From contig OX597814.1 in the NCBI GenBank assembly GCA_951406725.2, positions 20,832,001 to 20,896,000 of the forward strand: a DNA stretch of 64,000 bases, written 5' to 3'. Position 1 is the stretch's first letter; every line of letters starts with the position of its first letter. The notes under the pieces are model-generated. The model did not search any database. It was given only the letters and a program-made list of their open reading frames with translations, and had not been told where the DNA came from. The position numbers and the translations under genes were made by a program. Shown in pieces: positions 27,090 through 39,629 of the stretch. This stretch comes from Octopus vulgaris (taxonomy: Eukaryota).

Positions 27090-27805
27090 GGAAATATTGT
27101 GCAACTGAAACCTGAGTGTCTTTTTGGTCAGCTAAAAGTAGTTTTGGCACAAACTTAGCAAACAGGTATCTCATACCCAAATCTTCAGTGATAATGGACT
27201 GAACTGAACTGTAACTAATCTGCAACTCCTCTGATAACTCACAGATCGTGATTTGATGAACAGCTGCATGCACACCTGTGATGTTTTTCTCAGTTCTTCT
27301 GGTTGTGGGCCTCCCAGAATGTTCGTCAATATCGACATTTTTTTGGCCATCTTGGAAAGATCTGAACCACTTGTACACTCATGTGTAGCTCATACACTCC
27401 TCTCCATACACTTTCTGAAACTTTGCATAGGCCTCTGAGCAGGTATTGCCATGACAACTTTCTCTGTCATGGTCAATGTGATAACCACATGCTACACGCC
27501 TTCCTTTCAAGTACTGCTGTAAACATCAGAAGTGAGCTAGAATGTTAAAACTTAGTGCACATGCACAGCAGAGTTCAAGGTCTATCTGTCTCAAGTGGCT
27601 TCACTCTGTGTGCTTTAGTTTCATTACTACGGCAACAGACCCCAGAGGTCCTATGAATAGTCATTCATTTCAGCAGCCACAATGGTTAAGGTCTATCTGT
27701 CTCAAGTGGCTTCACTCTGTGTGCTTTAGTTTCATTACTACGGCAACAGACCCCAGAGGTCCTATGAATAGTCATTCATTTCAGACTTATTGATCAGACC
27801 TCATA
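27090..27805 (-). mobile_element. 5' half of a mariner transposon
   Basis: N-terminal HTH region YKWFRSFQDG...HSGRPTT...AKFVPKLL; one TIR ending tgatcagacctcata. Confidence 0.87.
27577..27784. repeat. 111-bp tandem duplication (about 1.9 copies)
   Basis: Units start at 27577 and 27688 and are identical over the overlap. Confidence 0.95.
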
Positions 27806-28490
27806 TTTAGAATATTAAGTCATGCCAGTTAATCTTACCTAATAGGGCTAATCTGCTACTTTAAATAATACAACTATAGTTAAATGAAATATTTATAATT
27901 ATTTTATAATATATCAATATTCTGAAAGACTGTAAATGTATGCAGACAGGTTAACATGAAAGAAGCTAAAATACTAATTGGTAACGGAAGTCAAAAATGT
28001 GTACACCAACAGGGAACTGGCTCTGAATAGTATGCAGGAGGGCAACAGACAGAAATTCAATAGTATACCCAGGACTAAAAGTGGGTACACAAAAGTTGTA
28101 GTAGGATCACTGGCAGTTGAACTATTCATGAAAAGTGACTTGAGTTAGAAATGAAGGCACTTTTCTTCATTCTGTTGGAAACAAAGAACTTCTCTCTCCA
28201 AACAAGAGGGCAAATATTTTGGAGCATATGCAAGAAATGTTTGGCAATGAAACAAGGGTTTCAAATATACGGGATTATTAGTGATGAGGGGAAAATAGAT
28301 TGAATAGTTGTTGGATGTGCAGTGTTTACTAAGAAGAAAAGTTAAGTACAAATGATTTGAGAAAGTAAATTAGACAGAGTAGTAGTTTGAAGAAAGAGAT
28401 GATGATAAAAATCTGTATTAATTTCAATTCAAGATTTTGGGAAATAGCAAAATTATGGAATACAAATGAAAATGTAATGTTAACACTCAC

Positions 28491-28602
28491 CACTAAACCA
28501 CATAATAAATTGCATACTTTTTGTTATTTTGTGTTCTCTAAAAAAATTAACCAAAAAGCTCAGAGGAAATATATTGAAAGCCCTTCCACCAAGACATAGA
28601 CC
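28491..28602 (-). CDS. SLC9A8: NHE8 exon 12
   Basis: TTATAG|...|GTGAGT; GLCLGGRAFNIFPLSFLVNFFREHKITKSMQFIMWFS. Confidence 0.97.
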
Positions 28603-29919
28603 CTATAATAAAATATAAAGAAACTTCTTAAACATTTAAAAATATTCATACAAATTAGATTAGTAATGATTAAGTAAAATATAAAAGGCAATAAATAAAT
28701 AAGAATTGATAAATGAAAAGAGATATTCAGAAGCTTGAAAGAGATAAAAAAAAGTAAATAAACTAAATAAATAAAATAGCAACAGATCTGAGATTTTAAT
28801 GAAACTCATCAAACAACCTAAAATACCTTAATAAACCTATCTAATAGACTTATCATTTGCTAATAATGAGCAAACAAAAGAATTTTTAAGGTTTATGTTT
28901 TGGTTTTCTTCAACAATTAACATTGAAAATTTCTTTAATTAAAGTATCGCCCTATCTCACCAAAATATGAGTCATTTGATTCCAAGTGAATTTTTATTTG
29001 AGACTGGGATGTTTATACTGGCTTAGATGTAACCAGACAGTCACATACACTATAAAAATGATGATTATATGAACATATGAATTCAATAATCTCCATCTTA
29101 CCACCTAAATTTATACTGAAGGTATATTGAGTCTTTCGCTATCTGCAGTGCATGCTGAATGGTCACAGTTGAATTTCATTGATACTTTACTTCCATACAC
29201 ACCGTGGAACAGTGAGTTGTGATCTAAACAACTGAGACCACAGGCAAATATCAGTAAACATAAAATGCATTTATGAACTACCATAAGGCAATCGTTAAAC
29301 AATAATTTGGATTTATCATTCAGTAGCAGTAGGACTGGATATGTCCTTGAAAATGTAATTGTACAATGATGCAAAAGAAACTCACAACAATGAAAATTGC
29401 AAGTATCTAAAATGGGACACCATATGATTAATAAGACAGAACCATGATAAACAAAACAGTAAAATTTGGAGTATATTATTAAAAGGCTTACTTATATAAT
29501 AATGATTTCTTTTAGGAAAGTATTACTTCTTAGGTCAATATAGTAATAAAATGAAATAAAATTATGTAAGAAATAAAAATGCTGTAGGAGTATATGTGTG
29601 TGAATGTCTTAAACTTCGAGCTAGCTGAGACTATGATACTGGATTGATTCCCAGTTGTACAAGCCATATCCTTTGTAGTTGCGATTTCTGGCTAAAATCA
29701 ATAGCTAGGAATGGCATGGGCTCCACCACACCACTGACTTACTATTGATACACTACATTAAATTTAAAACAATTGGTGGTGTTTTTAAGAAACTGTTACA
29801 GGTCATGCAGTAGTTTCATTTCATGTTTAGGTATATCTTCCTTCTGCCTATTTGTGCCTATATGTATTAGCTTAAAAGATTTCAAACAGGACAATGAAAT
29901 ATATGCTAAAATAACTTAC

Positions 29920-30002
29920 AATGCTCCATATTACAAAAGAAGGCTTCACATTTAAGTGAAAACTGAAGAGAGCCATTCCCAGATATGCAAACACACAAGT
30001 TT
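29920..30002 (-). CDS. SLC9A8: NHE8 exon 11
   Basis: TTGCAG|...|GTAAGT; ETCVFAYLGMALFSFHLNVKPSFVIWSI. Confidence 0.97.
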
Positions 30003-30484
30003 CTGCAAAATAAAATTATTAATTATTTGTGAAAAGTGTTATATCATGAGAATAGGTACAGTTAAAAAAAAAAAAGGAATTTTGGATTAGATATGTGTGT
30101 AATCTATTATATAATTTACTCATAATATGCACACCAAGTTTGAATTTTACAGGTTTTGCTCCATTATGTCTGTTTTTGTTAGCAGCAAATGTCAACAAAT
30201 AATATTTACCCCTTATTTTCACATCAGTCCAGCAAACAACACTTTATATGTTCAATTCAAATTGTGTTGTTATTATTCATTCAAATTTATATTACAAACT
30301 GTAAGTATTTTGATTTTCTTGTTACATATGACATTACATCTAACAAACACTATATAGATTTTTTGAGATAGGGAAATAATTATATGAAAACAAAAAACTA
30401 AAACAACTTCCTACATGGTATTCATGTATTTTCTGATATTTGATCAAAAGCATTAAATGAAATTAAAACATAAAAGGAAATTAC

Positions 30485-30601
30485 CTGCAATGAAGGCAAC
30501 AGTTCGAAAAGTTTGTTGAACCGTTATTTGTGTCACGGGTGATAAGTTTAAATGTGTATAGTGGGACATAACAATAGCACAAAACAGAATAGCCATAATC
30601 C
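30485..30601 (-). CDS. SLC9A8: NHE8 exon 10
   Basis: TTGCAG|...|GTAATT; GIMAILFCAIVMSHYTHLNLSPVTQITVQQTFRTVAFIA. Confidence 0.97.
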
Positions 30602-30767
30602 CTGCAATATCAAAATAGTATTTCCAAATTTAAAAGAAATAAAGAACTTAATAAAGTTCTCATCAGTAATATAGCTGATAAACAATTAAAAAGAAAAACA
30701 AATTAATTCATTTAATTTTTGTGTATTTGATTTGATTAATTCATTTTCGTACTTGATATGAAATCGT

Positions 30768-31236
30768 GTGTTGAAACAGATTTTGCTGTATCTTGGGGGA
30801 GTTATTCTGCTAATAATAAACACATGCACCGATTCTATTTAACTGTTTTATTATTTGCCAATTGGTTAATTATTTAAGCAGTTAAATAATTGATTGTGTG
30901 ATTAATCATTTGGTTAATCAATCAATTAATTAGGTATGTTAGTCAAAGTCATTTCATCACCATCCCCAACCTAATTTATGACACGCATCCTCTACTTCAA
31001 TTCAGCTTAGGGCATGTCACTGATGAAGTTGTGAATGGTGGTGAAAAGGTTTTGACAGACATAACTTACTGATTAACCATATGACTAATTGATCAATCAA
31101 TTAATTAATTGGTTGAATGGTTAACCAACAGATAAATAATAAAGAAGTGAAACAGAACCAGTGTGTGTGTGTATGTGTTTATTATTGGTATAACGACCTT
31201 CCTCACATACAAAATGAATTCTTATTTGATAACATT
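30768..31236. repeat. old foldback/palindromic element of about 470 bp
   Basis: The two halves align as diverged inverted repeats around about 31000 (e.g. aataataaacacat / atgtgtttattatt; tcatcaccatcc / gaatggtggtga). Confidence 0.8.
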
Positions 31237-32004
31237 TACCTTTTATTTATTTTATATTGCAGTCAGTGAGTAACTGCATCATTGGTAACAAGTTTCCAAA
31301 GAACCCATCACAGGTTTCTGAAGGCAAGTGTAACAAAAGAATGCCTGTATAATTTGGTGCAGAACAAATGTCACAAGAGATTCTATTCAAAAAGCACCAG
31401 TTTTTGATTTTTTTCACTGACACAAACAACCTTCACTGAGAGATATGCCTGCATGTGCACACACACACACACACAGAGTGGATTCTAGCAAAATTTCTAT
31501 TTACCAAATTACATTTACAAAGCACTGGACCAAGGTACATATACTTATACACATATAAGCCACCATTGGACAGTAAGCAGTCCGACAATGGGTTAGCTGG
31601 CTGAAACTTCAAAGTCACTATCAATAGTATTCTTGTTTAAGAACAGTAAATCTGTAACCGATCAGATGAATGAATTTTTAAAAACCAGTGGATTTATTCC
31701 ACTGAAATTAGGTAAATAATCCTTCGAACAGACGGTCAGCAGGAACGCCTGCTGGGTTTGACTACTCTGCATTAATAAAGGGCAAATACCCTGAAACATG
31801 TCTGCAGATGCCTGACCAGCAAAGGGGAAGTTGCTGACCTCCCCTGTTTGAAAGTTATAATGGACACAGGTTCATGTGTCATATAGCTAGCTAGAGGCGA
31901 TGGCCTCTCGGAGCTAATCAACAGCAGCTTTCGTCCTATATTTATGGTAAAGTTGGAGAGTGGCTGCATGGTTTCCTAAAGGACAGGAACCAAACTGTAG
32001 CAGT

Positions 32005-32800
32005 CAACCCATGCTCTCTCCACAGAGATACCAATAATGAGTGGAGTGCTCCAGGGCATTGTGCTGGGGCCAATGCTTTTCATAGTAGTGCTATCGGATA
32101 TGCTATCAGTGACAGAGGCAGCCATGCTTACCAGTTATGCCGATGACACAAAAGTTGCACAGTCAGTCAAGGAAACCTCTGATGCTACGCTCTTGCAGAA
32201 AAATCTAGGTGCCCTCTATACATGGGCTGAGGATAACAACATGCAAGTAAATTCCAGGCCCTCCGCTACCAGTTAAGCACAGCTCAGGAATTAGGATATT
32301 AGTACGTTGGTCCAAGTGGAGCAATGATCCCAGAATCAAATACGGTGCATGATCTTGGGAGAGAAATGAGCAACAATGCCTCATTTCACACACATATCAA
32401 CAAAATGGTAGCAGTATCCAGAAGACTGGCCAGTTGGATTCTGAGAACCTTGCAGACAAGGGAGCAAGAAACTATGATGACACTATGGAAGTCATTTATC
32501 CTCAGCCAACTGGACTACTGCTCTCAGCTATGGTCACCTTATACTGCAATGATGATAACAGAGTTTGAAGCAGTCCAACGGCATTACACAAAGAAAATTG
32601 CATCAATGGAATGACTGAGCTACTGGGACAGATTGAAAGAGCTATGACTCTATTCCCTGGAAAGAAGGCAGGAGAGGTATGCAATGATATATATATACAT
32701 CGAAGATACTGGAAGGACTGGTACCAAACTTTGGAATAAAGAGCTACACCAGACCACGAATAGGACGTCACTGTGCCGACTGCTTCATCTTGGGCAAGGA
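32005..32800 (+). mobile_element. decayed CR1/Jockey-group LINE RT fragment
   Basis: SGVLQGIVLGPMLF, YADDTK, DLG, LDYCSQLWSPY, EAVQRHYTK, with stops and frameshifts. Confidence 0.9.
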
Positions 32801-32995
32801 CGATGTACTGCAATAGCTTGGGTTTCATGGACCCACAGCTGTTTAATTGTCTGTATTTTTTTTTCAGTTTACAACAAATATCCACCATAACTACAATCTT
32901 ATGAATAAATATGTAACAAGAGATGATATATGCAACAGTATTTTCTATCTTTTACAAACTCTAAATAAATAAATAAATAAATAAATGTATAATAC

Positions 32996-33101
32996 CTGAT
33001 AAATGGATTCCTTCAGCAAGGCCATATGGCAAGTAGGAGAACACAAGCATCATACCAAATTCAAGGGAGGGAGTTTTTCTTAAATCAATAGATTTCAGTA
33101 A
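32996..33101 (-). CDS. SLC9A8: NHE8 exon 9
   Basis: CTTCAG|...|GTATT; LLKSIDLRKTPSLEFGMMLVFSYLPYGLAEGIHLS. Confidence 0.97.
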
Positions 33102-35440
33102 CTGAAGCTTATTAAGGAAATTACAAGAATACAACCACTGTTTCTTTTTATAATTAATGTAAAGCAATGTTACAATAATTTAATGCTACTGTTTACTATC
33201 TTGATTAATATTTGCATAAATGACAGTAAATAAATCAGGATTTAAGAAAATATGCTGGTGATAATAAAACTTAAAATTTGCATTAAACAACCAGTAAATT
33301 AGTAATAATTTCTTTACAGTTAGTATATATATTATGTTTCTTGTATCAATGTTGATATTCATGAAATGTCACAACACTTCTTTTAGATAATACTAATTAC
33401 CATTTTCATAAAATGGAAATAAATTATTTATTTAGAGATATTTTTTCTGGTTAGTCTAAGTCACTATGAAATCAAGTGCAACTAAATTTCTAATTCCCTT
33501 CAGTCTACAGACCCAATATTAAGCTCTTTCCTCAGACTAATTTATGGCCTGTGAGTTCAAATCCATTGTAACTTTTTTGCTACACCCGTGAGTACATACC
33601 TTATTTCATCTGCCTATTGGGAACAGACATCAGGTTTTTCAGCATATCTACATGTAACAGACTGGTGTCCAGCTAAAAAGTATTTTCTTATATGCTAAAC
33701 ATTATTGACATCAGTGCTAAATATAAATCTTTGGACTCCTGGGGTTTGAGAATAGATCAACTCTCTCCTTACACTATGAGCAAAGACAATTCCCAAATGC
33801 TACCATGCTGTAGCATCTGTTGCTATTTAGTGTCATATTACTCAATGAGCTTTCAACAGTTTGACATCAAACCGCTCTTGGAAGTTTAAAACATTTTCTG
33901 CATTTTGCATTAAAAACAAGGTTACCAAGAGTATTCAATTCTGAGTCCCAGTGAGATTATGAAAAAAAACCCCCACAAAACTCAAATCAAAGAGTTATCA
34001 TTAGCTGTTCCTTTAGATCTATCTTTAACAGCATTAATCAAACTAAAGAGCATAAACTGTGAAAAGCCTTTTCTAGCTTGATGAATGCAGAGCATAGTGT
34101 TTTATTTATTCTTTGTTAAAACAAAGACAGAACCTAAGACTCCATACACTGCTGAAATCCAAACTGTATTCTATCCAATGAAACTCTTTTATAAACTTTG
34201 CTATGACACTATTTTTAAATCAGACTATTTCCTCTTAGGTAACTCAATTCCTCTATAAAGTGCAATTAAGTCTCACATTGAAGTATCACTTGTACATATT
34301 GAATGGTAGTGCAGCTGCACATAGACATCCGCCCACCCACCCTAGACTTCATCCAGAAGGACACTTGACTGAACGGCAATAAGTTAATCACCAAAATAAT
34401 GCAATCATCGGCTTACAGATGTGAAATTTCCTTACTTTGTTTACTACTACTACTACTACTACTACAATAGTATCACTCTTTCCAGCTAGTAGCCAGCTCC
34501 ACTCAAGCCCACTTAAACCACTTGTTGTTGTATTAAAGCTTGTAATTTAGCATTTTGATAAATATAAATAAGATAACAGACTGAAACAAGTAGAGCAGGA
34601 GGTGTCATTATAATCAACTAAAACCCTTGAAAGAAGTGATCAAATAATGGTCCACAGTTGAATAGCATTAATAAAAAATGAATATGCAGATACTAGTTTT
34701 AGTTATAATATATATAAGTGGAACCTTAGTTTACAAATTCAATTGTTCTTGAAGGCCATTCATCACCTGAAACGTTCAAAAACTGAAACTATTATCCCTA
34801 TAGGAATGTGTGGCTGTGTGATAAGAAACTTGCTTCCCAAGAACATGGTTCTGGATTGAGTGCCATTGTGTGAAACCTTGGGCAAGTGTCTTCTACTATA
34901 GCCTTGGGCTGACCAAAGCCTTGAGTGGATTTGGTAGAGAGAAATTGAAAAATGCGTGTCATATATGTATGCATTTGTGTCAGTGTTTGTCCCCCACCAT
35001 CACTTGACAACCGATGTTGGTGTGTTTACATCCCTGTAATTTAGCCCTTTGACAAAAAACACTGATAGAATAAGTACAAGGCTTACAAAGAATAAGTCCT
35101 GCAGTCAATTTCTTCAACTAAAACCCTTTAAGTTGGTGCTTCAGCATGGATCCAGTCAAATGACTGCAACAAGTAAAAGAATAAGAAATTCAAAGAAGGC
35201 ACGGCAAATTCGAGCAGGGATATGCACTGAGTGAAAGCTAGACAGCAACTGACACTCACCTACGGATACTCTCAGTTTGATGCCAACCATTATTTCCAGT
35301 TTGAGTGTTTATTACTTGAGACACTGCTTGTCACTCGAGATGTTTTATGTTTGAAAAAATTGCTTGTAAGCATATTTGTTTGTGATGAGAGATTTTACCA
35401 AATTATATTTTACAAAAATATTTCCATTATGAAAGGATAC
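33102..35440 (-). other. SLC9A8: U12-type (minor spliceosome) GT-AG intron 8 of NHE8
   Basis: 5' splice site GTATCCTTT; branch site TTTCCTTAAT (33120-33111) ending 9 nt before the exon boundary, with no long pyrimidine tract. Confidence 0.92.
34800..35185 (+). mobile_element. older copy of the second SINE family (inside the U12 intron)
   Basis: taggaatgtgtggctgtgtgataag...caacaagtaaaagaata; partial copies at about 20505-20630, 41985-42130, 55790-55950. Confidence 0.82.
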
Positions 35441-35579
35441 AATAGCACTTAAAAGTCCAATCACAATACCAATAGCAGCAGAAGCAAAAAACATCAGGCA
35501 AAATCTTTTTAAGGCATAGAAAAAAGTTGCTGTACCACTTGTAAACACAGCATTAGGTGAAGCGAACTCTAAGACAGTT
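35441..35579 (-). CDS. SLC9A8: NHE8 exon 8
   Basis: TTTCAG|...|GTATCCTTT (U12 donor); TVLEFASPNAVFTSGTATFFYALKRFCLMFFASAAIGIVIGLLSAI. Confidence 0.95.
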
Positions 35580-36801
35580 CTGAAAAGAGAAAACATTTTA
35601 GTTATTGTAAGCAAGATATGTTCTCTCTCCCAACTTTTGTTGGAAGTACATTAAAGGAGTCAAAACTGACTTCATACTACTTCCATTTTAATTCTTCAAA
35701 CACAACTACACATGTCTTGCTAGAAAAGCAACCTAGCAGAGATTCACTCTTTGTTGGCTTGTAAGTAAAAGATAGAAACAGGGTACCACACTTCCAAATG
35801 ATGTTTATGATAAAAGTTAACCCCATACCATAACAAATCTTTTTCTGTTGGCATTTAACTTGAGATATAAAAATACACAAATGCATATCCAATCATTCTT
35901 ATTTTTATTACTTCTAGAAAGGAACAGTTGAAACTGATGTAACATTAATAAAAGCTTCATCCATAACTGGTCTGAAAGTCTATCAACCCACTATTTTAAC
36001 CTTTTACTAAAAAAAAAGTTAACAAGGGAGCCTCTTTTAGGGTGCTTGGCCAGCTTCAAATAACAGCCAAATCTTCACCAAATTACACCTAAGTATCTTG
36101 AAAATGAAGAGTTAGATAATGTAGTTCAAGATCTGTAATACCCAATAAATAGAAGTGATAGTCATAGTTTGAACATACTTTGAAGTTTACTCATTCAGGA
36201 CTGACCAGAGGTTAAACAAATGATGATGAAGATGGAGATGGCAACATCACAGACACAGGTATAATTCTAAATTGCACTATTTAGGCATGCTGATGAATCT
36301 GATTATGTTAAACTTAAGGTACCTTTGGGTTCAGTTATCCTACCTGCATTCATTCTTCTCTGTATTAACAAATAGTCACCTTTACTTTTTTATTTCACAG
36401 ACAAAAATCCATTACAACTTTCTTTGATGAACACATATTTCATATGTTAGTAATCTCAATTCTATACTCAAGCATAAACACCAATTTACAGGAAGAATAT
36501 ATCTCAAAAGAGCAAACAATCAACACTGCATCTACCATCCATAAACAACACAGAAAAAACCCCTTTAAACTTGTCATAAATCCTAGGCTTTGAAATAACT
36601 TTTCAGAAATACACATTATTCACAAAGATAAGACTGCTCCATAAAGATTGGTCTTATTTTTACAGCTAGAAAATGCTGACCAGCTGTTGGCTTTATATGA
36701 GATTAAATACAACTGACACAAGTACTGAATAACAAAAATTAGTAAATCATTATAGTTTATTTTAATTTTTATAGCAATACATATTAATAAAGATTACTTA
36801 C

Positions 36802-36980
36802 GTGGTCAACACAATAGACACAGCATCATTAAGAACACTTTCACCAAACACAAGCATATACAGGACTGGGTCAACATCTAAAGCATGAAAAATAGCAAGT
36901 GTTGCAACTGGATCTACAGCTGAAATTAAGGATCCAAATGCAAGGCTTTCTACAATATCCAATTTATATGCTATTTCAGC
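36802..36980 (-). CDS. SLC9A8: NHE8 exon 7
   Basis: TTTCAG|...|GTAAGT; [59 protein letters not shown] (DPV and GESxxND ion-binding motifs). Confidence 0.98.
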
Positions 36981-37283
36981 CTGAAAATGAAATAAAACTT
37001 GAATTTTAAAATAATTCTCACTCAGAACTGTACAATTAAATATTTTAAAAGAAGTTTTTTCATGAGCATTTAAAATTTTCAAAGTACACAGAAGTTAGGA
37101 GAAATCATGAATTAAAGTTTGTATATGATATATACGAATTAAAGTTTGTATAAGATATACAGTTGGCATCAGGAAAAACATATTACCATAATACTTCTAT
37201 TCTAATTTTATATATTCTAAAGCAGAAACACAATACAATGAGATGAAAATAAAAAGAAGTTAACAAAAGATAATAATCTAGGA

Positions 37284-37610
37284 CAAAGCTGACCAACCTG
37301 AGGCCTGCGGGCTGCATGTGGCCCACAGACTTTTATCTTGCAGCCCACTTGATACTTTCTTAAAACGGGCTTATTTAAACAATCATTTAAAAAATTCTAT
37401 CAAAAATTAAAGATTGTAATGGAAAGTAAAAATGAAAGATACTGCTGTTTTTGCAACGATAATATTTTATGTTGAATCAACATTCATTCATTATTGTAAT
37501 AATAGCGCGAGAAAGCAAAATGCTTTTAATTCTTTCAGTATACAAGCGGCCCTCAAAAAACTTTTTGTGATCAAAGTGGCCTGCAAAGTAATTTGAGTTG
37601 GCCAGGCCTG
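37284..37610. mobile_element. hAT (Charlie-like) MITE with 8-bp TSD
   Basis: Imperfect TIRs caaagctgaccaac / gttggccaggcctg; identical ATCTAGGA at 37276-37283 and 37611-37618. Confidence 0.9.
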
Positions 37611-37719
37611 ATCTAGGAGAAATGAAAGACAAATATATTATAACTTTCAAATTAGTCATGACAAAATTAGAATGACTAAATAGTTCTATAGGTGCAATTA
37701 TTTTTCCTATGTGTATGTA

Positions 37720-38040
37720 TGTATGTCATTAAGAACATCAGATGGTACTATCATGTTTCTAACAAAGAACTGTGTATGCGCATGCATCAGCTCACAGCCT
37801 CCCACCTTATAGCTATCTGTTACATGCGCTGGTTTGGGCATGTCCTTGGTCTCCTGCTAGATCATTCTACCAGGGTTTTACTCACATTTCATACAACAGT
37901 TGTGGACTGGAAGAGGCCTCGTGGCAGGACCTGTATCAGATGGCTGGACTAGATTAAGGAAAATCTTCAGAAGCTTGACATCACCTTGGAGGATGCATAG
38001 GGCCTTGCAAGTCTACCAGATAGATGGCAGGGCATTGTTG
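37720..38040 (+). mobile_element. decayed RTE-like LINE C-terminal fragment (different family)
   Basis: VSNKEL...MRWFGHVL...WKRPRGRTCIRWLD. Confidence 0.75.
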
Positions 38041-38540
38041 GAAATGAAGGAGAGTATAGTCTAGATAAAAAAGAACTTTGTTTTCTTAATTTTGAAAAAT
38101 GAAAGAAGTATAAAAAAAACTACATTATTTTTGAGATGACCCAATACACACACACACACAGAGTATAAAAGAGATGAATTATCCTGGCAGATATTGTATT
38201 TTCGCATTAAAGCCATCATATAAACTAATCAAACCATTGAATCTTTTTCAATAGATTTTAAACTGTTTAAATTCAGAGTTCTGAATTGTGACCTCATGTA
38301 ACAGAATATAAACTAGGGAGCCTAGAACAGTATTTCGAAGGTACTTGCTTGATTTTAGAAATCTAACTCTAGAGTTTTTATCAAAATATTTTAACACAAA
38401 ACCACCATTCAAAGTTTTTTTTTTTCTCAGTTCACAATTTCCAACTTGGACATGACGTCTCAGATTGGCAAGAAGACAGAAGATAATGCATGAGTTGCTT
38501 TTTCTTTAATAAATGGATACTATTAGGAAATCATATTTAC

Positions 38541-38642
38541 TTGTCCAAGAAGGTATACTCCACCACCAACAAACATTGCAGAAATAACAGTTCCAAAAAT
38601 AGCAAATACCATAATAGAGCCAATATTCTGGAAAAAATTCCC
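38541..38642 (-). CDS. SLC9A8: NHE8 exon 6
   Basis: TTTCAG|...|GTAAAT; GNFFQNIGSIMVFAIFGTVISAMFVGGGVYLLGQ. Confidence 0.97.
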
Positions 38643-38776
38643 CTGAAATATGAAAATGCAAAAATAGTAAGTTTATATAACTTTTACTGCAAAGCTTTAA
38701 ACAAATGTAAAAATATAGTTGTTCTCTTCACATATAGAAATATAAAGATTGCCTTAAGTTTCATTATTTGTTGACC

Positions 38777-38927
38777 ATTCACCAGAAGACAAGTATTCAT
38801 CAAAGTGTATTAACACCTGCTTAAGTTTTACAGTGAAACTTTCAGATCGATGTAAATATATCTAGATGAATACTTGTCTTATGGTGAATAGTGAACAAAG
38901 ACTATTTACATCTGTTTAAAGTTTCAC
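38777..38927. repeat. two interleaved inverted repeats
   Basis: 38777-38801 vs 38865-38889 (24/25 match); 38833-38858 vs 38903-38927 (imperfect). Confidence 0.85.
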
Positions 38928-39545
38928 AACAAATATTTCTTAAAAATTGTAATTAAGTACTTTAAATTTAGCTTAGGTTTCTAAAAGAGGGTGCATTGTG
39001 CATGGATATCTATTCATTAAAACAGAATAAAAATCCCCCCAAAATAACAATAATAATCAGTAAGCAATCATAGTACAAAAGACAATTTGGGCTATCAACA
39101 CCATCTTATACCATGTTCTGATATCAAAATTCTCCTGATTGATTATACAAGCCTTATGAATGAAAATAGCAAAAATATCTGATAGACTAGTGGCTCACAA
39201 GAATTACTATAAGTTAAACACAAAACTTGATCAGAAAGCCATGCACATTGATTATCTGATATGCTACATATCAGACACAAATACTTTATTAATAAAAATA
39301 TGTAAAATAGATGAAAAGATGTAAATATTAAAGGAATATGCTTATTTTTTTATATAATAGTTTTCAATACTTAACAGATAAACATTTTTATAGTAAAATC
39401 TGCTTTGCAGAATTTACACTCTAATAGAAATTGAAGGCTAGCTACCAATTCATCACTCTAATGATAATTTTCCTTAATTAATAATAATGTTCAACATGAG
39501 AAAGAGATTTCTAATCAAAATAATATTTGAAATATGTATCTTTAC

Positions 39546-39629
39546 CTTATGTAAATTGTATCCGGATTCAAATATAATTGGTGGAAGGAGTACAATAAAA
39601 AATATTGTAGGACTAAAAGCTTCTTCATT
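39546..39629 (-). CDS. SLC9A8: NHE8 exon 5
   Basis: CCATAG|...|GTAAA; NEEAFSPTIFFIVLLPPIIFESGYNLHK (CPA1 LLPPIIF motif). Confidence 0.97.

Noticed and set aside
25967-38774. Plus-strand ORFs over NHE8 exons (25967..26224, 28387..28599, 38490..38774)
   Set aside because: Antisense shadows of coding exons with no independent support
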